DNA of 64,000 nucleotides from Bacilli bacterium (GTDB taxonomy: Bacteria; Bacillota_I; Bacilli_A; ML615J-28; CAG-698). The position numbers and the translations under genes are program-made. Of this stretch, positions 1 through 10,205 are shown one piece after another; the stretch's first letter is position 1, and each line of letters opens with the position of its first letter. Location of the stretch: positions 89,808 through 153,807 of the forward strand of contig JAFZWP010000013.1 in NCBI GenBank assembly GCA_017617065.1, given 5' to 3'. A model generated the notes under the pieces. That model did not search any database. It was not told where the DNA came from and saw only the letters and a program-made list of their open reading frames with translations.

Positions 1-662
1 TTTGGTACTTTAATTACATCTAATGATTTATCTAAATGCAATTCTCGCAAGTTTCCATTTTTGTCTTTGCGATTATAATCATAAAGTCTATAAGTTAGGT
101 TAGAGGACTGTTGAACCTCTAAAAGAACTAAACCTTTACCTAAAGCATGGATTGTTCCAGCTGGAACTGGTACAAAGTTTCCTCTTTTAACATCATGGTA
201 TTTAAGGAACGAGAAATCACCACTTCTAGCCATTTTCTCTAAATTTGCTTTATCTAGCTGATTATGGCCATAAACAATTTTTCCATGATCGCTATTTATA
301 ATTAACCATGATTCAGTTTTACCTAAATCATTATCTTTTTTTGCATATTCATCATCAGGATGAACTTGCACACTTAAATCAGCACTAGTCGCTATCATCT
401 TCACTAGAATCGGAAATTCTACTGAAGTAGAATTAGCAAACAATTCGTGATGTTCTTTATATAACTTGTCAAGAGTTACCCCTTGGTATTTTCCATTTTT
501 AATTGTAGATGGGAAATCTTTATAACCAGATATTGTCCATAATTCCCCAAAGTCTTTATCTTCTTTTGTTAAGTTTAATACATCTTTAAAATATTTACCG
601 CCCCATATCATTTCTCTTAAAGGGCTATCTAAAAATAAAATTCTGTCGTTATCTTTATTCAT
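1..662 (-). CDS. manA: Mannose-6-phosphate isomerase, class I (3'-truncated by window edge)
   Basis: Not in the ORF track. Manual translation from ATG at 662 (GAGGT RBS upstream): MNKDNDRILFLDSPLREMIWGG...GELWTISGY...FPILVKMI...DLSVQVHPDDEYA...GKTESW...VPAGTIHA...EVQQSSNLTYRLYDYNR, all PMI type I motifs. Confidence 0.92.
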   Translation of the reverse strand, partial: MNKDNDRILFLDSPLREMIWGGKYFKDVLNLTKEDKDFGELWTISGYKDFPSTIKNGKYQGVTLDKLYKEHHELFANSTSVEFPILVKMIATSADLSVQVHPDDEYAKKDNDLGKTESWLIINSDHGKIVYGHNQLDKANLEKMARSGDFSFLKYHDVKRGNFVPVPAGTIHALGKGLVLLEVQQSSNLTYRLYDYNRKDKNGNLRELHLDKSLDVIKVP

Positions 663-689
663 AATAAAACCTCATTTATTTATAAATAA

Positions 690-740
690 TAAAAAAAGAA
701 TAGCATTACCCGAAGGTAATACCGTAGGTAATACTATCCT
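690..740 (-). terminator. Rho-independent terminator after the giant lipoprotein gene
   Basis: Minus strand GTATTACC-TTCG-GGTAATGC followed by TATTCTTTTTTT. It contains a 12-bp tandem duplication. Confidence 0.8.
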
Positions 741-757
741 TTATTAATTAAATTTGA

Positions 758-3700
758 TTATTGCAATTCATTGCCAAGGAATGAAACTGTGCCTTGATAT
801 GATGCATCACCATTAGTGATTGTTAGATTGATTGTAGTTGTAGCATCTGCTGCAGGAGCTGAAGCTAATGTTACATAACATCTAACTGCACTTGCACTAT
901 AATTAGAGAATAATGTACCAACAACATTAATGCTTTCGCATGTAGCTGTTGCGCTGAATTGTGCCATATTTTCAGCTGTTAAGCCGATACTAGTTGGATC
1001 AATCCAAATCCATGCGCCAGCACCTTCAATGTGGTTACGTGCATCGCCTTCTGCTTGTAAGTTAGTTAATTGGAATGCAGCAGGGCTTGAAGCTTGTCCA
1101 TTAGGTAATGCATAAACTTCAAATGAATTAATTCTTACTTGTGCACTTAAATTAGAAACTTTGAATGAATCAACTGGTGCAGCAAATACAACAGTAACAA
1201 CCTTTGCATTGACAGTAACAGTTGCTCCCTCAGGGAAAGTAGAATTCTTTAATGCTGTAGCATAGTCATTAGAGTTTGCATTGAACACAACTTTGATTAA
1301 TCCATTGTAATGAACTTCAATAGATTGTTTTGCATAAACTCTTATAGGGTTAACATAAGGTTCACCGCTATTGCTATTACAAGTAGTTGATGAATTATCT
1401 TTATTAGCGATAAATGTTACATCACCTTGTACCCATTCTAGTTTATCAGCAGTTTTTGTTGACATAGTTCCTGTAGATGCGCTAGCAAATGAGAAATCAG
1501 CCACTTTTTCAGGTTCTACTGCACCTTCTTCTTTTGTTTCAACTACGATTTGAGTTGGTCCACCAATTGTAGCAGTGTATACGCCTTCAACAGCTTCTAC
1601 ATCCACACCATTAACTTTTACGCCTACTAATTCGTGGCCATTTGCTACATCAACTTTGAATGTGAATGTAGATCCATTTACGCCACTTTCAGCACTAATT
1701 TCTTTAACTGTTGCATGTTCACTAGAATCTTGAGAAACACTAACTGTACTTGTTCCAGCTTTGCAAGCATCAATTACAGAATATAGAGATTCACCATCAA
1801 CCTTAGTTGTTGCGATTTGAAGAGTTCCGCCATAGTTCATTAAGTAAGCATGAACTAAAACTTCATCATTTACATAAACATTTTCAATACCAGTACCTTT
1901 AGATGCAGTATAGATTGCTAATAATGGTTTACCATTTAATGTACTAGCAATTTTTGCATTTTGTACATATGTACCTTTGTCTTCGCCAGCATTTACTACA
2001 TAGCCCTTAATCCATACTTCTTGAACATCTACATATGCGCTAGATGAAGATCTACCCATTCTAGCAGCAAGATCTAGAGCTTCTTCAACAGTTAATGGAT
2101 TAGCTTGAGTACCTTTATCATAACTTAATACGCAGTTACCTACATATAAGTATGTGCTTCCGCTAATTGAACTTCTTGTAACGAATACAACTGATTTAAC
2201 TTCTGCTGCATCAAATGTTAATTCTTGATCAATTAAGCCTTGTGTAACTGGAATTGTTACCCAGTTGTTAGCATCACCAGCGATGAATACTTCACTTCCG
2301 TTAGCTAATACTAATTTAACTTTAACTGAGAAGTCTTGTGCACCACTGAAGTAGTTACCAACTTTGAATGATAATTTGTTTGCTAATCCTAAAACTTCGC
2401 CATCTTTGTTATAAGTAAATCTCATAGGTACACTATAACCATTTACCATATTAACAACTTTAACGCCATCTTTAGTTCTAGCATTCATTTGACCAGTAAT
2501 TACATTCCATTTATCGTTCTTGTAATTTTCACGAGTCCATTTAGTACTATTGTAAGCGCCATCGCTTCCTGGATGATCAGCAAATAAGTTAACATTTGCA
2601 GGAGCAGCAGGAATAGTATATCCTTCTTCTACAACAACGTCATAGATATTAACTGCTGCATCCATACCACCAATGAAATATGTACCAGGAGTAGTAATAA
2701 CATATTCAAGAATAGTAAGTTCTCCACTACCATATACTTGCTTACTAGTAATAACGTTCTTATCAGCATCAAAGATATGTAGTGTTCTAGTTTCAGAATT
2801 TGAACTATAAACATAAACTGTAACTTTTACAGATGAAGATTTTGTAGTGAATTTAATAGCACGAGCAGTTGGAGCAGATTTTCCACCTAATTTCATTCTT
2901 TTAGTGAAAGATAATGATCCAGCGTTTTTGCTATTTGCTTCTACAACAACAGTTTTATCTGCTGTAGCTAGTACTGTAAAGAAGTCTGCAAATTGTGTAT
3001 CTTCTTCAAGAGTAGCAGCTTGCATACCAGATACGTTTAGAGAATGCTTAGTATATGGATATGGAGCAACATGAACTTGTAATTCTGCTTTTCCTTCATT
3101 ACCAGCAGCATCTTTAACTTTAACTGTAACTTTATAATCACCAGCGATTAATTGGTTAAGTGTTAATCCACCTAAGTCAACCATTTCTTGAGTAACTGCA
3201 ATTGCACCATCGAAATCATCGTTAGCGCTTATGCCAGCTAATAATTGACCAAATAATGCAGATGCATCTTGACCTTCAGTTAAGTTAGCAGCAGCTAATG
3301 CAGTAGCAACTGAATCAGCAACAGTAACAACTGGAGCAGTCTTATCAATAGCAACTGTCATAGTGTTTGTAGCAGGATCATAAACAAGTTTATATTTTAA
3401 AGCTTGTCCTGGCATCCAACGATTGCCATCAGCTGATTCATGATATAAAGATTTATCCCATGCATCGCCAGTCTTTTCAGCTGCAGTAATAGCACCTGCA
3501 AATTTAGCATTTGTATACCATAATGCAACTTCTGAATCATCTTCACCTACAACAACGAATGAAATTCTATTCCATGCGCCAAGATCAACTAATGCTTCGT
3601 ATTTACCATCTACTAATGCGAATTCGCCTTGTTTAGCTCCAGCATATTTAACTGCTTTAATTGTAGCAGGAACTGCAGGAACTGCGAAGTCGATTGATAA

Positions 3701-6700
3701 TGTATTAGTAGCAGGATTATATGCTACGCTATAATGAGTTTCACCATCTGCACTTAGGATGAATTCTCCTCTTTCAGCTGCATCGTCTTCTGAATATAAT
3801 ACATTAGACCATGTAGCACCAGCTTTAGCTTCTAAAACTGCACTACCAATAACTTTAGCATTATCATAAGTTAAAACTTTTTTAGTTTCATCAGCAAATT
3901 CTAAAGTGAATGTAGCTCTTTGCCAAGAAGTAGCTAATGCAAATGTGCCTTCATAAATACCAGTTGCTTCATTTAATGTTAATGCACCTTCAGCATTTCC
4001 ACCCATCTTAACACCAGTTAAAACTGGAGCTTCAGGTTTAACATATACTAATTGACTGATATAGAATGGATGTCCAGAACCAGTTTCACTGATGTTAGGG
4101 AATACTACCATAGCAGGCTTGCTTGCATCATAAGTGAAGCTTGAAAAATCAATTGAACCGCTTATGGCTTTTCCATCCATTGAAATCCATTTTTCAGCAG
4201 ATCCATTATTATTAGGTTTAATACATAATACTTCGCCCTTTGTACCACGAACTACATACTTAACTTCCGTAGCACCAGTTAAATCAACAGGTAATGCAAT
4301 TTCGATGCAATCCCAAGGTTCAGCATTATCAGCAGCTTTTGTTAATACTAAATCTCTACAAGCTTGAACATATTGATTGCTTAAAGTAATTGGAGCAAGT
4401 AATAAGTCAATTGGATCTTTTCCTTCACCTTGTAATTCTAATTTAGTAACTGTAAATTCATTGCTTTCACCAGCCTTATTGAAGTCTGGGAAAATAATCA
4501 TAGTTTGCTTTTCAGCATTCCATGCAAAGTTTTCAGCAGCATTCCATTCTACTTGAACAGCAGCGCCTGTTCCGTTTGCAGGAACTTCAACTTGGTCATT
4601 AACTTTGATTACGAATGGAGCACCAGCAGGGCCAGTAACTTCTGCAACCATCTTAGTGTAACCAGTTAAATCAGCATTAGTCTTTAGACCAACCCAATCC
4701 CATTGACCGCCACCAGTCTTCATCATACGAATTTGATGAGCAACTTGGATAGTCTTAGGATTAATTGTTCCTTCTAATAAATCTACGCTATCTTCTACTG
4801 CTTCAGGGTAAACTGGAACATAATCAGGAATAGTAAGTGGGCTTCCTTTTGGAACAAGAATTTCAAATGCTGCTACTGCTGCATCGTATGCTTCTGTTCC
4901 TTCAACTAATAGGCTTCCATCTTTCTTAGAGATATTGAAACCACGTTTAATGTAGTTGCCCCACCATTCTTCAGTGATTTCTACTCTTTCATCTGAAGTG
5001 TTATTTTCTCTTGATGCTTGTTTGTTTTCATCAATCCATCCTTCAGGACGATATTGATAGCCATCAGCAATCTTAATTACTGAACCAACTGGTAATTCTT
5101 CTTTAGTGAATGTCTTTGTAGCAACAAACTTTTGAGAAGTTGTATCACCAGAGATTAATTGGTTGTAACGAGTTGAATCAGTTGTGTTGTAGTAACCATT
5201 ACCTAAAATGTACTTGCTTGCTTCAACTTTAACTAAGTCTTCATCACCACTTTGACCTTGTTCAGGTTTTGTAACTAAGTAAGATAATGCAAGAACATAT
5301 ACAGGATTACCAGAACCAGTTGCATTAGGGTTAACGAAGAAGATAACTGCTGATTTAGCATTGTTGTAAGCCATACCAGTTAAACTAATGATACCTTCTT
5401 GTAATGAACCAGTTAATGTAAGAGCCTTTTCATATCCACCATTATCATTTGGTTTAATGATAATAGAGTCGCCAGCTGTACCAATTACAGCGTATTTAAC
5501 TGCAGCATAACCGCTTAAATCATCGCTTACTTGGAACTTAGCGCAATCCCATGGTTCAGAATTAGAAGCTGGTTTTGTTAAAATAACCATCTTCTTAGCT
5601 GCGCAAGGATCACACTTAGTTAATGCACCAGCTAATAGATTAATAGGTTCTTTTCCTTCACCTTGTAATTCTAATTTAACAATTGCGAATTCGTTACCTT
5701 CACCAACCACATTGAAATCTGGGAACATAATCATAGTCTTCTTTGCAGCATCCCATGCAAAGTCTGCAGGAGCAGTCCATTCAACATGATTTATTCCACC
5801 ATTTCCATTTGCAGTGACTTCAATTGAATCATTAACTTTTAATACAAATGGCTTACCATCAGGACCGATTACATCAGCAACAACTTTATTGTAGCCTGTT
5901 AAATCATCTTCAACTGTTAAGCCAACCCAATCCCATTGACCGCCACCAGTCTTAGAAACTACTAAGCCATAAGATGCTTCGTGGTGTTGAGGATCGATTG
6001 TAGCATTAAGTAAGTTAACGTCACCGATTTCTTTTGTTGAGTAAATAGCAAATTCTTTGAAGTAAATATTGTTACCAGCAACATCGCCAGCATCGCCTGT
6101 AGGACCTACACAGAATTCAAGTGTTGGACCACTGTCAGCACCAGCAGTGCTATGTTTGTCATATGTGAATAATACAGTGTATTCAGCATATTCAGTACCA
6201 ATCTTTACAAGTTTGCTATAATCTTCAGCAATTGTAAATGCATCCATCCATGGATCAGCCCATAGACCAATACCAAGGTTGAATTGTAATTGTCTAGCTT
6301 GATCAGCTTTAGCAACGATCTTTAATACATAAGATTCGCCTTCAACTAATTCAAGACCACTATATTTAACTTTGTTAGCAGATGCCCATCCACCAACTGA
6401 TGCTAAAGCGATTGTGTATTCGCCATCAGCTTCAGTGATTGTACATGCTTCTGCATTAGCGATTGCATCTGGAGCTAAATCAATAACAACTTGGTCAGCA
6501 ACTAGTTTAGTGTTACCTTTTTCTCTTACAGAAATAGCAATTTCAACTTCTGCTTTATTGCCAGCAGCATCTGAAATTTCAATAACAACTTTGTATTCGC
6601 CAGCTTCGTTGAATTTAACTTGATCTAAGCCTTTAACATTAGCTTCAGTCAATGTCATAGCGCCATCTACATTATCAGTAACTGTTAAGTTAGCGATAAT

Positions 6701-9205
6701 ATCAGCAGCAGTTAATGGAGTACCAACATAAGTCTTAAGTGCTTTACCTTCAACTTTTGGAGCTTCTTTATCGTTAACTGTAATTGTAACAGTTAATGTA
6801 GCACTGTTACCACTTGAGTCTTTAACAGTATAAACGATATCATATGTTCCAACTACGTTAAGATTTGCGTTGTGTTGAATCATATCTGTAGTGATTGTGA
6901 TTACACCATCAACATCATCTGTAGCAGTGATGAACTTAGTGATATCTGGAGCAGCTGAGAATTGATCAAATACTTTAACAAGTCCATCAACTTCAGCTAA
7001 TACTGGAGCAGTTGTATCTGCTTCTTCTAAGACTTTAATTTGTAAAGTAATAGTAGCTTCTTTACCTTCACTATCAGCAACTTTATAAACAACATCATAT
7101 GTACCAGCTTTACTCATATCAACATTTTCAGTAATGTGAGCAGCAGTAATTTGAATGTCAGCTGCATCTTCTCTATCGTGAGCAGTTACATATTGAGTAA
7201 GATCAGGTTTGTCTTGACCTTTACCAAATGTAGTTGGAAGATCTTTATTAATAGTTAAAGTAGGAGCTGCATTTTCATTTGATAATAGATAGAATTGTAA
7301 ATTATCAAAGTAGAATGTATTACCAACTTCTTCGGCTGCATTCCAAGTGAATGCTCCACCATTCTTTAATTCGCATGAAATACCGCTATATCCATTAGCA
7401 CTCTTGTCTGAATGAACATAGAATACAACATACTTAGTTTCCCAATCTGTTGAAACGCTTAACATGTAGTTAGATGCACCTTCGAAGTTTTCTAACCATA
7501 CAGGAGCATCAGCAGCTAAACCAATACGTACAGACATATTTCTAGCAACAGCTGCTTTAACATCAAACTTCAACATATACCAGTTTTCAGCTTGTAATAC
7601 TGTAGAATCAGTATCGATAATTGGGCAAGATGCTGAGTCATATCCTGGGTTTTCATTTGATCTATTATGATGTACTAATACACCATCTCTAGTATACATT
7701 TCAGGATCACCAGCACCACCATGTAATCTAAATCCTTCCCAAATTGGATCAGTTGTGCCTTCTGCATAAGTTGAATCTGTTGAGAATGTAGGATCTGTAA
7801 TTAAATTTGTGCTATATGCTTTTGCAAATTCTACAGTTCTAGTAGCTTCGCCTCTATTGTTGCTTGAGTCAACAACATAGATTACAACTTGTTGTTCACC
7901 AGTTGCACCAGCAGCGATTCCACTTAAATCAACATCAAGACCAGCGTTTACTGGGCCATCAACATTATCGCTTGCAGTAACGCCAGCTAATACTAATGGT
8001 TTAAGTGCAGCAGCATTTGCTAATAATTCTACTGGAAGAACCATCTTTCCTTCAGGAACATTGATTACAGGAGCAATAACGTCTTTAGCTTCTGCGAATG
8101 CGAATTTAACATCGCTAAATGTTAAGCTTGCATCAGCTGGAGCAGCAAGTTTTACAGCACCTTCTAAGATTGCAGAATTAACTCTGAAGTAAACAGTAAC
8201 ATCATTGTCACCAGCAGCTAATGCGATCTTAGCTTGAGCAGTACCATTAGTAATGCTTGGAACAAGTTCACATGCAGCAGCAGCATTTACTTTGAATGTT
8301 AATTTAGCTAATGCGAATGCAGAAAGTTGAGTATTAATGCTTTCTAATGCAACAGCAAATTGATAATCAGCTTCAACTTTTGCAAATTCTTTAGCTGCTA
8401 AATCTTCGAATTGGAATTCGCCTAAGCCAACAGTAATAACTCTTGTAGCTTCAGCTTTATTTCCAGCAGCATCTGATACTTCATATTTAACTGAGTATTC
8501 GCCAAGTTTCCAAACATCTACTTCACCAGTAATCTTAATGTTTGCAGTAACATCGCCATCGATGGCATCATTAGCGCTTACATTATCAGTTAATTTGAAT
8601 TGTGTATCACCAATTATAATAGTTTTAGCACTTGTACCAGTTAATAATGGAGCATCTGTATCGTTTGAAACAACAGTAACTTTTCTTGTAACAGTTGTAA
8701 CGTTACCAGCGCTATCTCTAACAGTATAAGTTGCAATGTATTCGCCAACTAAATTGAAGTTAACGTTTCCATCATATTGAATTTGATCTGTTAGATCACC
8801 ATCTTCTTCATCACGGGCAGTTACGCCTTGAAGTGGTACAAATCTTTCGCCTTTTAAGATTTGAACATCATCTGCACCACTAATAACTGGAGCGTTATCA
8901 GCAATAACAGTGACTTCTATACTTGCTTCGCCAGTTTTCTTTCCTTTTGAAGCGGTTACAGTGATAGTAACTTTACCAGCACTAACACCGGTTACACTAC
9001 CGTCTTTTACAGTAGCGACAGCATCATTACTTGAAGCCCAAGTGAATGTAGCTCCACTCTTTGATGCTTCAGGAGTCAACTTGATTGTTTGACCAACTTT
9101 AACTTGAGTATCGCCTGATACTTTAACAGTAACTTTACCGCAGGCTACTAAGCTAAAGGTTACAAGTAACAATAAAATTGACATCAAAATTCTTTTTGTT
9201 CTCAT
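758..9205 (-). CDS. Giant (2815 aa) surface lipoprotein with Big_2, about 7 DUF5011/HYR-type Ig repeats and multiple CBM-like modules; no catalytic domain recognised
   Basis: Lipobox SLVAC; AGGAGG RBS; repeated DxxAPVI...TAxDxxDGD...GxYxxxYxVxDSxGN Ig units; two CBM4-like modules; CBM77-like module (FTKRMKLGG...RAIKFT); OB-fold-like module (GTQANPLTVEEA). Confidence 0.85.
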   Translation of the reverse strand: MRTKRILMSILLLLVTFSLVACGKVTVKVSGDTQVKVGQTIKLTPEASKSGATFTWASSNDAVATVKDGSVTGVSAGKVTITVTASKGKKTGEASIEVTVIADNAPVISGADDVQILKGERFVPLQGVTARDEEDGDLTDQIQYDGNVNFNLVGEYIATYTVRDSAGNVTTVTRKVTVVSNDTDAPLLTGTSAKTIIIGDTQFKLTDNVSANDAIDGDVTANIKITGEVDVWKLGEYSVKYEVSDAAGNKAEATRVITVGLGEFQFEDLAAKEFAKVEADYQFAVALESINTQLSAFALAKLTFKVNAAAACELVPSITNGTAQAKIALAAGDNDVTVYFRVNSAILEGAVKLAAPADASLTFSDVKFAFAEAKDVIAPVINVPEGKMVLPVELLANAAALKPLVLAGVTASDNVDGPVNAGLDVDLSGIAAGATGEQQVVIYVVDSSNNRGEATRTVEFAKAYSTNLITDPTFSTDSTYAEGTTDPIWEGFRLHGGAGDPEMYTRDGVLVHHNRSNENPGYDSASCPIIDTDSTVLQAENWYMLKFDVKAAVARNMSVRIGLAADAPVWLENFEGASNYMLSVSTDWETKYVVFYVHSDKSANGYSGISCELKNGGAFTWNAAEEVGNTFYFDNLQFYLLSNENAAPTLTINKDLPTTFGKGQDKPDLTQYVTAHDREDAADIQITAAHITENVDMSKAGTYDVVYKVADSEGKEATITLQIKVLEEADTTAPVLAEVDGLVKVFDQFSAAPDITKFITATDDVDGVITITTDMIQHNANLNVVGTYDIVYTVKDSSGNSATLTVTITVNDKEAPKVEGKALKTYVGTPLTAADIIANLTVTDNVDGAMTLTEANVKGLDQVKFNEAGEYKVVIEISDAAGNKAEVEIAISVREKGNTKLVADQVVIDLAPDAIANAEACTITEADGEYTIALASVGGWASANKVKYSGLELVEGESYVLKIVAKADQARQLQFNLGIGLWADPWMDAFTIAEDYSKLVKIGTEYAEYTVLFTYDKHSTAGADSGPTLEFCVGPTGDAGDVAGNNIYFKEFAIYSTKEIGDVNLLNATIDPQHHEASYGLVVSKTGGGQWDWVGLTVEDDLTGYNKVVADVIGPDGKPFVLKVNDSIEVTANGNGGINHVEWTAPADFAWDAAKKTMIMFPDFNVVGEGNEFAIVKLELQGEGKEPINLLAGALTKCDPCAAKKMVILTKPASNSEPWDCAKFQVSDDLSGYAAVKYAVIGTAGDSIIIKPNDNGGYEKALTLTGSLQEGIISLTGMAYNNAKSAVIFFVNPNATGSGNPVYVLALSYLVTKPEQGQSGDEDLVKVEASKYILGNGYYNTTDSTRYNQLISGDTTSQKFVATKTFTKEELPVGSVIKIADGYQYRPEGWIDENKQASRENNTSDERVEITEEWWGNYIKRGFNISKKDGSLLVEGTEAYDAAVAAFEILVPKGSPLTIPDYVPVYPEAVEDSVDLLEGTINPKTIQVAHQIRMMKTGGGQWDWVGLKTNADLTGYTKMVAEVTGPAGAPFVIKVNDQVEVPANGTGAAVQVEWNAAENFAWNAEKQTMIIFPDFNKAGESNEFTVTKLELQGEGKDPIDLLLAPITLSNQYVQACRDLVLTKAADNAEPWDCIEIALPVDLTGATEVKYVVRGTKGEVLCIKPNNNGSAEKWISMDGKAISGSIDFSSFTYDASKPAMVVFPNISETGSGHPFYISQLVYVKPEAPVLTGVKMGGNAEGALTLNEATGIYEGTFALATSWQRATFTLEFADETKKVLTYDNAKVIGSAVLEAKAGATWSNVLYSEDDAAERGEFILSADGETHYSVAYNPATNTLSIDFAVPAVPATIKAVKYAGAKQGEFALVDGKYEALVDLGAWNRISFVVVGEDDSEVALWYTNAKFAGAITAAEKTGDAWDKSLYHESADGNRWMPGQALKYKLVYDPATNTMTVAIDKTAPVVTVADSVATALAAANLTEGQDASALFGQLLAGISANDDFDGAIAVTQEMVDLGGLTLNQLIAGDYKVTVKVKDAAGNEGKAELQVHVAPYPYTKHSLNVSGMQAATLEEDTQFADFFTVLATADKTVVVEANSKNAGSLSFTKRMKLGGKSAPTARAIKFTTKSSSVKVTVYVYSSNSETRTLHIFDADKNVITSKQVYGSGELTILEYVITTPGTYFIGGMDAAVNIYDVVVEEGYTIPAAPANVNLFADHPGSDGAYNSTKWTRENYKNDKWNVITGQMNARTKDGVKVVNMVNGYSVPMRFTYNKDGEVLGLANKLSFKVGNYFSGAQDFSVKVKLVLANGSEVFIAGDANNWVTIPVTQGLIDQELTFDAAEVKSVVFVTRSSISGSTYLYVGNCVLSYDKGTQANPLTVEEALDLAARMGRSSSSAYVDVQEVWIKGYVVNAGEDKGTYVQNAKIASTLNGKPLLAIYTASKGTGIENVYVNDEVLVHAYLMNYGGTLQIATTKVDGESLYSVIDACKAGTSTVSVSQDSSEHATVKEISAESGVNGSTFTFKVDVANGHELVGVKVNGVDVEAVEGVYTATIGGPTQIVVETKEEGAVEPEKVADFSFASASTGTMSTKTADKLEWVQGDVTFIANKDNSSTTCNSNSGEPYVNPIRVYAKQSIEVHYNGLIKVVFNANSNDYATALKNSTFPEGATVTVNAKVVTVVFAAPVDSFKVSNLSAQVRINSFEVYALPNGQASSPAAFQLTNLQAEGDARNHIEGAGAWIWIDPTSIGLTAENMAQFSATATCESINVVGTLFSNYSASAVRCYVTLASAPAADATTTINLTITNGDASYQGTVSFLGNELQ
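4040..6020 (-). repeat. Intragenic duplication (offset 1233 nt) of a two-module beta-sandwich unit
   Basis: Identical 32-nt stretch ccaacccaatcccattgaccgccaccagtctt at 4689-4720 and 5922-5953. Protein repeats KTGGGQWDWVGL, KLELQGEGK.PI.LL and EPWDC. Confidence 0.9.
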
Positions 9206-9253
9206 AATTTTAAAACTTTTCCTCCTTAACTTTTATAATTTGATTGTTTAAAA

Positions 9254-10198
9254 TTATTCACCAGCAATACCTGAACGATCCGCGCTCTCTACAAACCATT
9301 TTTGAGTGAACGCATACAATAACAATAATGGCAAAATTGTCAACATTGTTCCCGCAAATAAAACACCTTGATTAAACGATTCCGCCGCAGCTCCAATACC
9401 AATCGATCCAGATGGGAATAGTTGAGCATACATATGTTCAAAACTAGATAATGCCATCTGTAAAGTGGTGATGTTTCCTTGGAAATACGTTACCGCTAAA
9501 ACCGTTTCATTCCAGTACCATACAAATGAATATAATATACATATTATAAATGCTGGTACTGACATAGGAATCGCAATTCTAATGAAGATTCCTACTTCAC
9601 TCGCTCCATCAATCTCCGCAGATTCACTTAATTCATGAGGTATCACTTTAAAAAACTGATAGAAAATTAAGATGAATACGCTTTGACGCAATCCAAATCC
9701 AGTTAGCGCTGGATAGATATACGCCTTTAGACTGCCTAACATTTTTAACTTTTGAAATATGACATATGTCGGGATACTCATTAACATTGTTGGAAGTAAG
9801 AAAATACCAACAAGTAGTGCCATCCAGATTTTTTTACCTGGAAACTCAAAATGAGCAAATCCATAACCAATCAGTGACGATGAGATCACCGCGCATAATG
9901 TTGGCAGAATACCAACTTTTAGAGAATCACCAAGTGATTTCCAAAAGTTTAAAACTTCGTTTGCTTTTTGATAATTATTAAAAACAAACTTTGTTGGAAT
10001 CCAAATTACCGTTGGATCCATTAAATCCTCTAAACCCATAAAGCTTTTTGAAACCATCTTTAGGATAGGATAAAGGAAAATAAAACTAATACCGATTAAT
10101 AACATGTAGATGAAGAATTTGCCAATTAAGCCAGACTCGCCTCGCTCACCTAGCATAATCTTCTTAAATGTCCTCTTCTTCTTAAATGTATTTTCCAT
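9254..10198 (-). CDS. Carbohydrate ABC transporter permease (MalG type)
   Basis: EAA loop IPHELSESAEIDGAS and multiple TM helices. Start moved from ORF-track 10228 to the ATG at 10198 behind AGGTGG. Confidence 0.9.
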   Translation of the reverse strand: MENTFKKKRTFKKIMLGERGESGLIGKFFIYMLLIGISFIFLYPILKMVSKSFMGLEDLMDPTVIWIPTKFVFNNYQKANEVLNFWKSLGDSLKVGILPTLCAVISSSLIGYGFAHFEFPGKKIWMALLVGIFLLPTMLMSIPTYVIFQKLKMLGSLKAYIYPALTGFGLRQSVFILIFYQFFKVIPHELSESAEIDGASEVGIFIRIAIPMSVPAFIICILYSFVWYWNETVLAVTYFQGNITTLQMALSSFEHMYAQLFPSGSIGIGAAAESFNQGVLFAGTMLTILPLLLLYAFTQKWFVESADRSGIAGE

Positions 10199-10205
10199 AA
10201 CCCAC

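Noticed and set aside
758-9205. Giant lipoprotein as a cellulosome scaffoldin or as a glycoside hydrolase
   Set aside because: No cohesin repeats or catalytic motifs were recognised, and none of the neighbouring enzymes shows a dockerin.
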